DNA from: Mobula hypostoma | Lineage: Eukaryota | Direction of reading: 5' to 3' | DNA length: 64,000 nt | NCBI RefSeq assembly: GCF_963921235.1 | Contig: NW_026948219.1 | Location: 310,001 to 374,000, forward strand | Shown here: one piece after another, positions 24,472-37,579 of the stretch | Layout of the letters: every line of letters begins with the position of its first letter | Numbering within the stretch: the stretch's first letter is position 1 | Position numbers and translations under genes: made by a program | Notes under the pieces: model-generated | Seen by the model: only the letters and a program-made list of their open reading frames with translations | Database searches by the model: none | What the model was told of the DNA's origin: nothing

Positions 24472-24545
24472 GGGCAGCGAGGTCAGAACGCAGGCGAGTG
24501 GCTCTCAGTGCTAGCAGTGCGGTACATTTTGTACATCACCCGAAA

Positions 24546-27535
24546 ATGGCTCTACCAACAATCCGGCATGTGAGCATTGTATTTTACCCTATTCTCGCAG
24601 CTTTCGGTGTTCCGGGTAAGTCGACACATCCTCTGTCTGAAATGTTAGGGACGGACTTCTATTAACAGTCATTTCACTGGGTGTTGTTTACCGGCGAAAC
24701 CGACCCAGCGCGGAGACACGGCAGACTACCGCTGCTGAACGGTTCGTCTCCGCTCCACACGCTGATGCAGGGTCAAGTTCACTGTCACCCGACCCCCCAT
24801 CCCGCCCCCAGAGTTCATCATAGACGATGCTGCTGAAATTCAGGGAGATCAATCCTCTCCGCTGTTCACCACTGTCAGCGTAAATTTGATACCGGGATTG
24901 ATGCAGATTGAAATGTATTTTCTGATCTAACTTTTGGTGAAAGAGCAGTAGAACAGTACGATCTGTGGGAACGTTGCGGATTGTACCAACTGCCACCGTA
25001 GTTGAATTTTTTCTCTCTCTCTCTGTCCTCTCTCTGTCTCTGTCTCTGTCTCTGTCTCTCTGTCTTTCTGTCTCCCTGTCTCTCTCTCCCTGTCTGTCCT
25101 CTCTCNNNNNNNNNNNNNNNNNNNNNNNNNNNNNNNNNNNNNNNNNNNNNNNNNNNNNNNNNNNNNNNNNNNNNNNNNNNNNNNNNNNNNNNNNNNNNNN
25201 NNNNNNNNNNNNNNNNNNNNNNNNNNNNNNNNNNNNNNNNNNNNNTTTTTGGATTTCCGATCAAACCTTTGATTATATGTCTTTCCCGTACCAGTTGCGA
25301 ATTATAGTAAATATAGCTAGCATAAGAATGGGGTGTCCAGCTGGAGATTTGAATTAATTTCTCCCTATCGCACTTTTAAGATGATAATGAATATGATCAA
25401 AAATAGCGGATATATCCAAGTGAGAGTTTATTTATTGATAGACGTTTCGGAAACTATCCGAGTTTAAGCTAGATTGCGTACAAGCGACACTAGACGAGTC
25501 AGTGAAGTCCGATTCTGTTGACCAGGCCCTGCGCTCGTTCATTGACTAAACGGAGGGAACGAGTGCATCGGCTTCACCCTGGGGCTGATGACCGACAGCG
25601 GGCACGGCCCCACTTACTCCGGGCCTGTACCGGCTCAATAATAATGAGTTCCGTTGGGTGGATTCTGTCGACTGCACATCAGCCGATCCTCCTACAGCCA
25701 CTGTGTTCAGCTGTGTCACGGCTCTCATTCACTACGGCTGGTGTCTGAATGGGGCTTCGAGGGTAAGAGCCATTGAAATGACGATCCCAGGGGTAGGGAA
25801 AGTAGGGCGCAAGGGAGATATGGGAGAAGATGGTGATCTCCCCTATTTTTCTGGGTTGTGATGGCGAATGAGCAGCAGTGCTGCCCCCTCTCGGTTACAT
25901 CGCCTAAGTGACAACGACAGCACGTCACCAGCAACTTAACCAGGAGCAGTGCTGCCCCCTCTCGGTTACATCGCCAAGGTGACATCGCGAGCACGTCACC
26001 AGCAACTTAACCAGGAGCAGTGCTGCCCCCTCTCGGTTACATCGCCAAGGTGACATCGAGAGCACGTCACCAGCAACTTAACCAGGAGCAGTGCTGCCCT
26101 CTCTCGGTTACATCGCCAAGGTGAAATCGAGAGCACGTCACCAGCAACTTAACCAGGAGCAGTGCTGCCCCCTCTCGGTTACTTCGCCAAGGTGACATCG
26201 AGAGCACGTCACCAGCAACTTAACCGGGAGCAGTGCTGCCCCCTCTCGGTTACATCGACAAGGTGACATCGAGAACACGTCAGCAGCAACTTAACCAGGA
26301 GCAGTGCTGCCCCCTCTCGGTTACATCGCCAAGGTGACATCGAGAGCACGTCACCAGCAACTTAACCAGGAGCAGTGCTGCCCCCTCTCGGTTACATCGC
26401 CAAGGTGAAATGGAGAGCACGTCACCAGCAACTTAACCAGGAGCAAATGCGCAGTTCGGCTGCAAACCGTTTTAGTTCACTGAATGAGGAGTTTTGATTC
26501 TTTCTTGGAACATATTTCCCCGGTAATTTTGCCCATCACTGTCGGAAAAGTATTTTCACATTGAATTCCAAGAACGCTTCTCCTCGCCCTGTTTGTAACT
26601 CACAAATTGTGACTCTTTCCCTAGCGAACCTATTGACAATGGTGGTCCTCTTCCGAGGGAATTGCGGCCTTTCCAAATGTATATCGCTCTACATGGCTTT
26701 CATGGCAATGGCTGATCTCCTGGTGATGATCGTCTCTGTAATTGCGTATCATATCGTCATGTACCAGTTTCCAAAATCCTTCCTGTCCTATACATCCGTC
26801 TGTAAGTTCGTCCTGTACTTCAATTCGACCAGCCTGCAAACCTCGGTCTGGTACACTGTCCTGTTTACAGCCGATCGGTTTGTAGCAATCTGTTTTCAGA
26901 AGCTTAAAATGAAATATTGCACGGCGAGGACAGCTGTTGCCGGCATTATAACCGTGTCGCTCCTGATGCATTTGCAGAACGTCCCGTATCTATTAGAGTA
27001 TAAACCTGTGCGTGTAGTTAACGGTATTCAATGGGGCTCTCAGCCGAGCTCGTGGTTCCTTACGTCTCTTGTGGGCGTCGCATTCTCCTTTCTGCAGAGT
27101 ATTTTAACAGTTATATTACCTTTTGTTCTGATAACCCTGTTTAACTGTCTGACGGTAAGGCGCATTTTATTAGCCAGTAAATTGCGCCGTGGACTGCGTG
27201 GTCACAGCAGTCAAACACAGAAGGATCCGAAGATGGAAAGCCGCCGGAAATCCATCATTTTACTCTTTAGTGTGTCCGGCAGTTTCATTCTGTTGTGGCT
27301 GACGGCCGCCGTGAGCTTTCTGACCACCCGACTCACAGCAACCGCGCATTACGACGGCGATTACACCGACTCTGCCTATGTCGCCACTGAAGCCGGCGAC
27401 ATGCTCATGTATCTGAGTTCCTGCACGAACGCCTGCATTTATACAGCGACCCAGGCTAAGTTTAGAGAAGAATTGCGGCTGGTGTTAAAATACCCTTGGA
27501 CTTTATTTTTAAAATTGGTTACAAAACACGGGTAA
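24546..27535 (+). CDS. Class A GPCR, GPR139-like family; exons 24546-24615 and 26625-27535, 326 aa
   Basis: Exon 1 MALPTIRHVSIVFYPILAAFGVP|GTAAGT joins in phase 1 to CCCTAG|CG AAC (ANLLTMVVL). TM2 MAMADLL, TM3 VCKF...TADRFVAIC, TM5 LPFVLITLFN, TM7 SSCTNACIY. ATTAAA at 27658. Confidence 0.9.
25011..25245. other. (CT/CTGT)n microsatellite running into a 140-N assembly gap (25106-25245)
   Basis: Seen directly. Confidence 0.97.
25873..26445. repeat. 71-bp tandem repeat, 8 copies, in the GPCR intron
   Basis: GAGCAGTGCTGCCCCCTCTCGGTTACATCGCCAAGGTGACATCGAGAGCACGTCACCAGCAACTTAACCAG starting at ~25873, 25944, 26015, 26086, 26157, 26228, 26299, 26370. Confidence 0.97.
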
Positions 27536-28899
27536 AGCAAAGCACATATTCCTGAAGGTCGAATGTTCATTAACTACTAATTCTTCGCATCGGGAATCTG
27601 TTATTGGGTCGCGATGTACATCTGGGTTTTATGTGTTTAAGTATAATGTGTCTCGCTATTAAATTGACATGAAATGATATAACACTCCATTTCCGTGTAG
27701 AAGCGTCCTTGATAGCCGTGACGTCATCAACAATCCTGGTATCCGATCACTCAGTTGATTTCAGTCACTCGTTGCGTTTGACAGCTCCATTGACACTCAG
27801 GGCTCATTTGGCCGCAGCGTAACTCGGGTAAAGGTGGAGCCATCGGAATGTCTTTTACACTGGCAGTGGAGATTCGCTGCGGTCAGCGCTGTGACAGAGC
27901 TACCTTCTTGTAGATTGCAGTGCGGAATCAATATTGCATAGATTCTGCCCCAGCTCGACTATGGCGACCTATGCCAATCCCCAGAGCCATAATACAGCCC
28001 GTATCCCTCTCTACCTTTGTTAACCAAGGGTTATCCAGACACATTTCCATTATTTGAATATCACCTGCATCCAGCACGTCTGCTGTAGACATAACCACGC
28101 CGCAATGGGCGAGAAAATGAATGCCTTCAGATCTGTGTATGGACGTGCCACTGCTGACATAGGGGAAGACAAATTTGTTGGATATCTGTACAATATAAAC
28201 CTCCTCATAATTGTATAAACTTTTACAGGGACCCTTCACTTTATTTTCTATTTCAGACAATCAAACTTCTCCTTATAGTTTATCCCCTTCCCCACAGTCC
28301 AGGAAACAATCTGGTGAATTTTGATCTTCCGTCAGTTCTTACAACATCCTTCCCATGGCGTGGCAATCAGAATTGCACCCATTGCTCTCAGTCTGTTATC
28401 ACCAGTGCTCCGTATAGCTGTAAGACCGAGTCGGAATTCTTCCACTCAAATCCTCGGTGAACAATGCAAGAATAACAAAATCCACTTTCGCTGTACTGTC
28501 CTCCTGCATTCAGAAAGGTATGGCCTAGCGTTGCAAGGTTACAACTAAAAACGACCCTCCAAAGGTCTATATGTCCTCCCAGAATTTTACTTCACAATGT
28601 GGATAAGTCACATTTTGTTTCACATACTCTTTTACAAACAATAAAGGACCCAGCAGCAAATCTACAGCTCGCCGCTTATTGCCGGCGTCCGGGAGGAGAG
28701 ACACGCTCGCACACTGCCATTCGCATCCATTTACCAAGCTAATTGTGCGACCAGTTTGCCAATTCATCTCCGCGTCCCTGTATCTGCCATGGATGCCTTG
28801 TTAGAAACATTACTGAAGGCCATCCAAACTCTATCTACCTTCCTGCTTCGTTAAATCGTCGAGATTGTTCCTTTAAAAGCACAATCATATTTGTGACAC

Positions 28900-29018
28900 A
28901 TGACGCCGCCGGCACAAGACCACACGGCTACGGCGCAGGGATCCGCATAGCTCTGCGTATGGGTCGCGGCGACGCCGTAACTACGGCGTCGATTTGACGC
29001 AGAAGTATAAATAAGCCT
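28900..29018. mobile_element. Probable PIF/Harbinger-type DNA transposon terminus
   Basis: Minus-strand AGGCTTATTTATACTTCTGCGTC terminus plus a subterminal hairpin CGACGCCGTA-AC-TACGGCGTCG (28970-28991); family assigned from recall. Confidence 0.5.
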
Positions 29019-30588
29019 TGACTCCTTATTCGCTTCGTTGAACTGCCTTCCGAGCTGTATATACATATATTCTGTTAACCGGAATTTTCTGCCATGCCAT
29101 TTCCATACCGATATAAAGAGAGCTGATCTCAATATTCAGGAAATGAAGTGATAAGGGGAGCGATGTGGAAACGGTGAAGAAGTGAGAAAAAAGATATTTA
29201 AGGAGGCACAGACGGTAAACGACGTTTGGGGGATAAATTGAAGACGGGTGTTTGCATAACTAATGACACAACTAAATCGAGATGGCTGGGTTTATAATTC
29301 TATGCACTTGTATCCAAATCACTGCAAGGTCCCGTCCAAATCGGTCCCATGATCCCAGAGTTCAGCGCTCTTTCAGTCACGCCCGCACGGCCCTCCCTCC
29401 ACCGCGGACGTCCATCCTTCAGCTACCCGAGGTGAAATTTCCGCAGTCCCATCCGTCGGCTCAGTAGCCTGTCCATTCCTTCCACTTTGGAGCATTCTCT
29501 CAGTGGAAAACTGGGCGAGATACGCATCCCGTCAACAACTCATCCACAAGAATGCTCCAAGCCATATGGTAATGGACACGTAACTGAAAGTGTTCCAGGA
29601 GAACGAAACGGGGCAAATAGAGCAAAGCCTCCTGGGTAATAACTGGGGAATAGCGATCACACTGTGAAAATTCGCGAAAATCCGAGTGGACATATGAAAT
29701 ACAAGCAGAAGCTATTCCTTAATGAGAGATTATCACGACTAATATATTCCCACGAAGAAGTATTTCCTTTTTCCGCATCTAAACTCATTGATTTATATTT
29801 AAAAAAATGAATATCTTGACGTATTTCAAAGAGTGAGCCGTTGCGGAACTTCGGGTGTAAAGTTGCAAGCGTTCACTCCATTTCCTGAAGGGTATTCTCC
29901 CCGTCACATTTCCAAATTATCCCTTTTCTTAACACCACACCTGGGAAAAATTCCCTCTGTCCGTTCTTTTGTATCCTGTCGTCAGTGTGGAAGTTTGATT
30001 CAGTTCATTTCTGTCTCTTGTATTCACTCCATGGATCTCCTCAGCTCCGGCCTCCTGCATCCGTTCCACACCCTCACACTCCTCATTTGGAGCTTCATTC
30101 CACTCTCACAGTTCCCATGTCTCCGCTGTACTTTTCCAATGTTGGAAGATTCTCCACACAGGTTTCTCTGAAGTTCCGTCCCTCTGCCACTGGAGAGAAA
30201 TTCCTTTCTGCATCTCAGTTATTTCCTCTGCATGTTCTCCCCACACCTCTCCCGAATTCAGCACGGTGAGATCCGCCTGGTCTTCATCCTCTTCAATTTC
30301 TATTAATCAGCAAGATTCTACCAACCTTCATAACTCTCTTTATTTTCTCTGCCATTCCACGCCTTTCAGCATTTTGAAGGGAACATTTTTTTTACGTGAT
30401 TTTCTGAACTATTTGGCCCTCGTCACCATTATGTCCTGGTCCTGGATGAGACACATCCACTGTGATCCAGGGACACAGAGCTGAGCAAAACAGCGGGCTG
30501 AGCGCTGGCGAAATTCTTGGCCGTCTCTGGAGTAGGTCTCTCTGCTGTGGGCCGAAGGGCCGGTAATGTCCTGTCAATATCTATGTTC

Positions 30589-31433
30589 TTTTTCAATCTT
30601 TTTATTAAGTTTCAAAATTAAACATAACAATAATAGTAATGATACATAGAGATCGGGATACAATAATAACAGTTAGCATGTACAAGCACAAATTCCAAGT
30701 AGCAAATATAGTTTAGCCTCTAAACCTCAAAGTAATTCACCATGAAAATGATATTTTATAAACAGTGAAAAAGAAAACCCCCTAAACTAAAAAGAAACTA
30801 AACTAAACAAAAACACAAACAAAGCTTGGGCTGTCATATTACATCGCTAAACATATTTGTTGTTAACTCCGCTCCCCTATACATGAACAAAAAAATTACT
30901 ACAAAGGATTCAGAAAAGGTCAACTTACATCATATGAAAACATTGAATAAATGGCCTCCAAGTTTCTTCAAATTTAACCGAAGGATCCAGAGTACCACTC
31001 CTAACTTTTTCCAAGTTTACGCATGCTATCGTTTGGGAAAACCATTGAAATGTAGTGGGGGAATTAGAATCTTTCCATTTAAATAAAATGGACCTTCTGG
31101 CTATTAATGTAACAAATGCAATTAGACTGACATGGATAAACGACTAGAGTTTATCACTGGTAGTTCAAAAATTGCAGTAGTAGGATGAGGTTGTAAATCA
31201 ATTCGTAGAACTACTGAAATAATATCAAAAATATCTTTACAATATTTTTCTAAAAGAGGACAAGACCAGAACATATGTTTCAAGGAAGCTACCTCAGAAT
31301 GACATCTGTCACAAACAGGATTTATATGGCAATAAAAACGAGCTGACTTATCCTTGGACATATGAGCCCAGAGAACCACCTTGAACTGTATCAAGGCGTG
31401 TCTGGCTCACATTGAGGAAGTATTGACTAATGT
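30589..31433 (-). mobile_element. 5'-truncated L1 LINE (ORF2 C-terminal knuckle, 3' UTR, A-tail) inserted in a CR1 tail
   Basis: IQFKVVLWAH...CDRCHSEVASLKHMFWSCP; T-rich tail on + strand; possible TSD TCTATGTTC at 30580-30588 and 31434-31442. Confidence 0.85.
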
Positions 31434-31672
31434 TCTATGTTCACACAGTTTTCTCACTCCATCCAGAGACAACAGTAATGGAGAGGTACAGCTGTTAATT
31501 TTGTGTACTACATTGAATGTTTAAAGACACGTCGCCTGTGTTCTGGACAAACGACAGGCGGATCAGTAACTGCTCCTGCTAATCGCCGACCTTTCTGTTC
31601 CTGCCACTTTAATTCTCTATTCCTTGTAAGTTCTGATCTTTATGTGTCTGGCCACATGCACTGATATACGGG

Positions 31673-33140
31673 TGAAACACCCTGGTTTCCTTGGCTGCGT
31701 GAGTCTAAGGAAAATACTCTGAATTCCCGCCAAACTGGTGAGACTGGGACGGCTCGATCCCATCCCAAACCCCGGGTTGTGTGGGTGCTGTGTAATTTGC
31801 TATCCTGTGACAAATAACAGACTGTACACTGCATACGATTAAAGGGATTATACTTATGAATCTTAACTGAAAAGTTAGTGAAGAATAACAAAAATAAACT
31901 GCCTAATTCCAATCAAACAGTCACACGTGCACACGTTGGAGCTCATCTGGAACTTCTCTGTCACTCGGGCGCTGGGTCCTCGGTCAACGTGAAAGCTCAC
32001 ACCACCTTCCGAACGGCGCTCGCAATCCACCTCGAACAAACGGGTCTCCCGCCGGATCCTGTGCTTCGACCGGTTCTCCACAGCGTCTTCTCTCCCCATC
32101 TCCTGCCGAACAAAACCCAGGCCCAACCTTAGTGTCCCTCACCAGAGAAACATCCCCTTAATTCAACCATCCTAATTGGATAGCGCACATTTCTCCTCAT
32201 CTCTTATGTTCAACCATCAGCCAAACAAGCTGAAAACAAGCTGCTTTTACAGAACTGCCAATATGAAATACATACAGCACAACAGTAAGTGTAATAACCA
32301 GGGCATTACACTCTCCCCACACCGAAATAGTCATGTAATCATGACTTGGAAATAATTGGTCATCTCACGTTAATAACACCGCTTTCAATGGAATTTCGTG
32401 AGGTCAGCAACTCCAATCCATTTGTAAAAGGTAGTGACATATCTCACTAGGGGGGTAGTCGGAGCACTCTGTTACCCTGGTCCTACATAGGCAAGCTGAT
32501 TCTTTGAGACCTCCTTACCCCATCAACTACTTCAGTTTCAGACACTCCTTGGGATACCTCTGGTGTAGATGACGAGGGTTCCCCCGGTCTATCACTCGTG
32601 CCTTCCTGCAACCCGGATCCCTCTGCTCGGCTTCATCCCCAGTTACTCTGGAGCCGAGACCCGCTCCTAGTCCAGCTGCAAGCCTGCCTGAGCACTGCTA
32701 ATCCCCCACACAACCCCACATCCGCCCCCCGCCCAGGTCACCTGCCCCAGCGAGAGAAAGGATGGGAATCTCTTCATCATTTTTGGGGAGTTGGCGAAAG
32801 GCAGCATATACCACAACCCCTTTACCTCATCCTCCGAGTCCTTCAGTCACTCTACGTTGCGGCAGGGTCCTCTTACTAGGTGTAGGGTCCAGGCCAGGCT
32901 CTGGGTTAACACGCACCTCTTGCCCCAGAGATAGAGGGTGGTTCCGATGCAGAATCCTGACAGGTCCATTACCATCCTCTGGGATCACCCAGAAAACTAG
33001 TACATTTGGCATTTGACTCTCCATTACATAGGCCGTAGCTTCCCAGCGGTCAGCCAACTTATACTTCCCTGGTAGACCCAAATTCATTATGAGGACTCGG
33101 TTTCCAGGCATGCACTGGGAGAACCTAACTTTTCGATCAT
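31673..33140 (-). mobile_element. Gypsy LTR retrotransposon 3' part: LTR 31673-32310, PPT, integrase C-terminus
   Basis: LTR ends TGAAACACCCTGGTT / AACCAGGGCATTACA; adjacent CTCTCCCC (PPT on minus strand); NLGLPGKYKLADRWE...VRILHRNH. Confidence 0.85.
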
Positions 33141-33144
33141 CTTC

Positions 33145-36100
33145 TCCATGTGCCTTGCGTGTTACACGCTTGGGCGATCATGGCTTTCCACGTCGCAGCG
33201 TCAATGATATCTCGCACATTTAGATCTGATCTTTCACAGTGTCCATATATCTTCTTCCTTGCCTTTCTCTTCCGCTTTTCCCAGGCATACGGCCTTGTAA
33301 TATAAGACATTCTATTTCTCCCTTTCTGATGACATGGCTCAGGAATTTAAGTTTCCTCTTATTTAATGTTCTCATTAAAGATCTTTTCGTAAGGGCAAGT
33401 TGGAGTACTGTCTCATTAGTTACCATATCTCTATATGATATTTTCAGCATTCTTCTAAGAAACCACATTTCTGTTGTTTCTAAGTTTCTTTGGAGTTCTG
33501 GTGTTATAGTCCGTGTTTCGGAAGCATTCAGCAAGATTGACCAGATGTAACATTTTAATAGCCTAAGCCTTGTTGTCAGAGAAATGTGTCTGTTGGTAAA
33601 AATAAGTTTCACTTTTTGGAAGTTGGTTTTGGCAAAGGCAATACTTTTTTTTTATTTCCACTTTACTTCCAGCATCTTGTGATATAAACTACCAGGGTAA
33701 TTAAAGCTGGCCTTTTGTTCAATCTCTTGGTTACCGATGTACAATTGGAGGTTGGGAGTATCCTACTGTTTTGATATTGCCATACATTTGATATTTTTTT
33801 TACAGTTGGTGGTTAGACCAAAATCGGCACTTGTTTGTACTACTTTGTCTAGGAGAATGCGTAGGTCTTCTACAGCACTTGCTATTATGGTGGTATCGTC
33901 TGCATATCTTATATTGTTGATGTTAACACCTCCAATTGTTATCCCATCTAGGTCTTCTATTTCTCTGAGAACCATTTCATTATAGATATCAAATAATTTC
34001 GGTGAGGGAACGCATCCTTGTCCAACTCCTCTTTGAATTTTAGACCAACTGCTCATATTATCATCAATTTTTACCGCAGCTGCTTGATTCCAATATAAAT
34101 TTTGAAACAGTTGTTGGTCTCTTCCGTCAGTGTTTAGTTTAGCGAGAATTTGAAATATATTTTCATGATTCACTTTGTCGAATGCTTCAGTGAAATCAAT
34201 AAAACATAAAAAGACATCATTCTGATTTCAATTGTCCTTTCTGAAAGCATTCGTAGTATGAAAATTGCGTTCCTAGTTCCTCTACCCTCAATAAATCCAT
34301 ATTGCAGTTTGGAAGTTTCTGGTCCTGTTTTTAATTCGACTCAGAATAATTCTCAACAAAAACTTTATTATGTGACTTATAAGACTGACTGTTCTATAAT
34401 TTTCAAAGTCAGTAGTTCCAGGAATTTTTGGCAGTTATAAATACTGATTTCAAGAGATCGTCAGAAAATATAGCAGACTCATATATGACATTAAACAGTT
34501 CAAAAAGAATATCTATGCTCAGATCCTACAGTGCTTACTGAAATTTCATCAGGTCCAGTGGCTTTACTATGTTTTATGCTTTTCATTGCTTTAGTTATTT
34601 CTTCTTTGGTAATAGGTGGGCCAGGATTAGGGTGTTTAATATCTGGGTGTTCCCCTCTATTTTCTTCAAAAAGCTGATCTATATACTGAATCCACCTCTT
34701 ACATACTTTATCTGGGTCTGTTAGTATGGATCCGTCTGCTGATCTTATGCATCCTGTAGAGGTTTTCTTAATTACATTAATTTCCTTAATTTTCTTGTGC
34801 ATTTCTTTGCTGTTGTTAATATGACTTTCTACTTCACTGCATTTTTGATTCAGCCATTCTTCCTTTGCAATATTGCACAATTGTCTGGTCTGTCTGTCTC
34901 GCTCTCTGTATTGCACTTCATTATTCTTCACTAACCTTCTTTGTTCCATCAGATCCAGAATTTCTCGGGTTATCCACCCCTTGTTGGTGTGTTGGATTTC
35001 TTGTACTGGAATTATCTCCACTGCTGATTGCTGTATAGCACATTTAAATCCGTCCAAAATAGGTGTTGTTTCGTTTTCGGTGAGGTGCTCTTCTACAGCT
35101 GTTTTGAATTGTTGCTGAAGTATGCTATCATTTTTACATTCTCCCAACATATACTCCATTCTCTTTTTTCCATGTTTCAGTTTCTTTAATTTTGTTTTAA
35201 TGGTAGCTATTACTGGATGGTGATCTGAACCACAGTCTGCTCCTGGGTAGGCTTTAGGATTTGTGATATTGCTTCTAAAGCGTTAATTGATGGCAATGAA
35301 ATCTATTTGATTCCCTGTTCTATCTACATGGATGGTTTTTATACCAAATATTAGTGATCACTTGGTGGTTTCTGACACACCAATCAGTAAACCTTTCTCC
35401 ATTTTCATTTTTCTCCACAAATTCAAAAGGTCCTATCATGTTATCAACGCTTTCCTGCTGTCCACTTTGGAGTTAAAATCTCCCATGACTAGCTTTATAT
35501 CGTGAGATTTACATTGCTCATAAGCACTGTCGAGATCTTCATAACTTGCTGATATCTTCTTCATCCGCATCAGTTGTTGGTGCATCGGCTTAGATTATGC
35601 TAATATTAAAAGGGTTACCCCTAAATTTAACTGAAAGCAGCCCAATACCCCATAACACATTCTGATACTTGTTTGTTTAAAATAATTCCAACTCCATACA
35701 TACGCTGTTAACCTCCAGAATACATTATCAGAGAACTATTCTCAGCGAATTTGCCACTGTCGGTCCACCTAATTTCTGACAGGCCTAAGATATCAACTTA
35801 CAACCTTTTCATTTCATTTAATGTGTTCTCCAACTTTCCTTTCTGATAAAGTGTATGGATGTTCCATGTTGCTCCCCTTAGCCTTTCCCTATTGCTTACA
35901 GTCTCTGGATGACGGTCTGGTGTCACCTGCAGCACATGACTACCCCGACCGAGCGAGGTGTTGTTCTGTTCATTAGAATCAACCCCATTCACGCTGTTGT
36001 CTGGTTTCCTTCTTTTGTTTCTTTTCATGATTGACGAGGCAGAAATTTCAACAGTGGTTTGCCGTTGCCTCCTGTTGCCGCAGTGCTCATCTAACTAGAG

Positions 36101-36430
36101 CATTTGGCCTCTACTGGTGTTCCCAACTGGAATCATACACTGGACATCGCCCTACCTTTGCTGTTGTTGTACAAAGACAATCCTCCTCCACAGCTTGGAA
36201 TCAATCTCCCTGCTGCCGGAGATTTCAGTGAGTTTAGGTGACACCACCAGTGTCGGTCTGGTTATTTCTCTGGCGCCAAACACTCGCCATAGACAGAGCT
36301 CCTTCAGCGAGACAGGGTGCACCCAGACCTGAGCCCGACCTGAAGGCGGAGTTGTCTTGGGTGGCAGAAGCTATATAATCGCTACTGGCATTTCCTGATA
36401 TTTAGTCAGGACCCAGCCACCCCGTACATC
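33145..36430 (-). mobile_element. Near full-length RTE-clade LINE, degenerate
   Basis: EN start ATWNIHTLYQKGKLEN; KATGPDEI; GVGQGCVPSP; NNIRYADDT; RLLKCYIWSILLNASET. Confidence 0.9.
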
Positions 36431-36444
36431 CACATTGCTTAACA

Positions 36445-37575
36445 GGATAAAATTCAGAAGAAATACTGGCATGGATAGAGGAATGGCTGACAGCCAAGAG
36501 GCAGCGAGTGGGAATAAAAGGAGCCTTTTCTGGTTGGCTAACAGTGACTAGTGGTCTTCAGGGGTCAGTATTCGGTCCGCTATTTTTCACATTATTTGTC
36601 GATGATTTGAATAATGGAATTGATGGCTTTGTGGCAAGGATTCCGGATGATACAAAGATAGGTGGAGGCGTTGGTAGTGCTGAGAAAGCAATGTGATTGC
36701 AGCAGGACACAGACAAATTTGAAGAATGGGCAAAAAAGTGGCAGATGGAATACAATATTGTGAAATGCACGATCAAGCATTTTGGCAAAAGGAACATTAG
36801 TGAATTATTATCTGATTGGGGAGAAGGTTCAAACAACAGAAGTACAGAATGAAATATGAGTCCTCAGACAAGACTCCCAGAAGGTTAATTTACAGGTTGA
36901 GTCTGTGGTAAAGAAAGCAAATGCAATGCTGGCATTTATTTAAAGTGAAGTAGAATATACAAGCAAGGAGGTAATGCTGGTACTTTATAAGACACTACTT
37001 AGGCTGCACTTGGACTATTGGGGACCCATATCTCAGAAAAGGTGTGTTGTCATTGGAGAGAGTCCGGAGGATATTCAAGAAGATGATTTCGGGAATGAAG
37101 GGGTTAAGATATGAGGAACGTTTGCCAGCCTTGGGCCTGTACTCCTGCACTGACCTATGTTTAATAAACGCGGGTGGGGAGGGGGTGTTAAATCTCACTG
37201 AAACCCACCGAATGTGGATAGATCTCAATGGGTGGATGAGGAGAGGACTTTTCGTATGGGGGGGGGGTAGCCATAACAGAGGGCACAGCCTCAAAGCTGA
37301 GGAGCGACCTTTTAGAATAATTAAGGAGGAATTTATTTAGTCGGAGAGCAGTGAATCTGTGGAATTCTCTGACACAGACGGCGGTGGTGGCCAAGTCTGT
37401 GAGTACATTTAAGGCAGAAGCTAACAGTTTGCTGATCAGTCAGGGCATTACAGGATATGCCGAGGAGGCAGGCGCATGGGGTTGAGTGAGAACCGGGATC
37501 AGCCATGATAGAACGGCGGAGCAGACTCGATGGGGCTGAATGGCCTAATTCTGCTCCTATGTCTTATGGTCTTAT
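36445..37575 (+). mobile_element. CR1 LINE 3' part
   Basis: QGSVFGPLFF, DDTKIGG, YEERLPALGLYS; 3' tail CCTAATTCTGCTCCTATGTCTTATGG. Confidence 0.88.
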
Positions 37576-37579
37576 ACTG

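Noticed and set aside
25873-26445. CRISPR-like or integron attC-like array (ACTTAAC...GTTACAT)
   Set aside because: No unique spacers or cassettes, no cas or integrase genes, eukaryotic intron; it is a plain tandem repeat.
26561-26624. ORF-track N-terminus of the GPCR (MNSKNAS...)
   Set aside because: Starts at TTG in intronic sequence; exon 24546-24615 supplies the true start and TM1.
29700-30500. Possible LINE ORF1 relic on the minus strand
   Set aside because: Too degraded to assign by eye.
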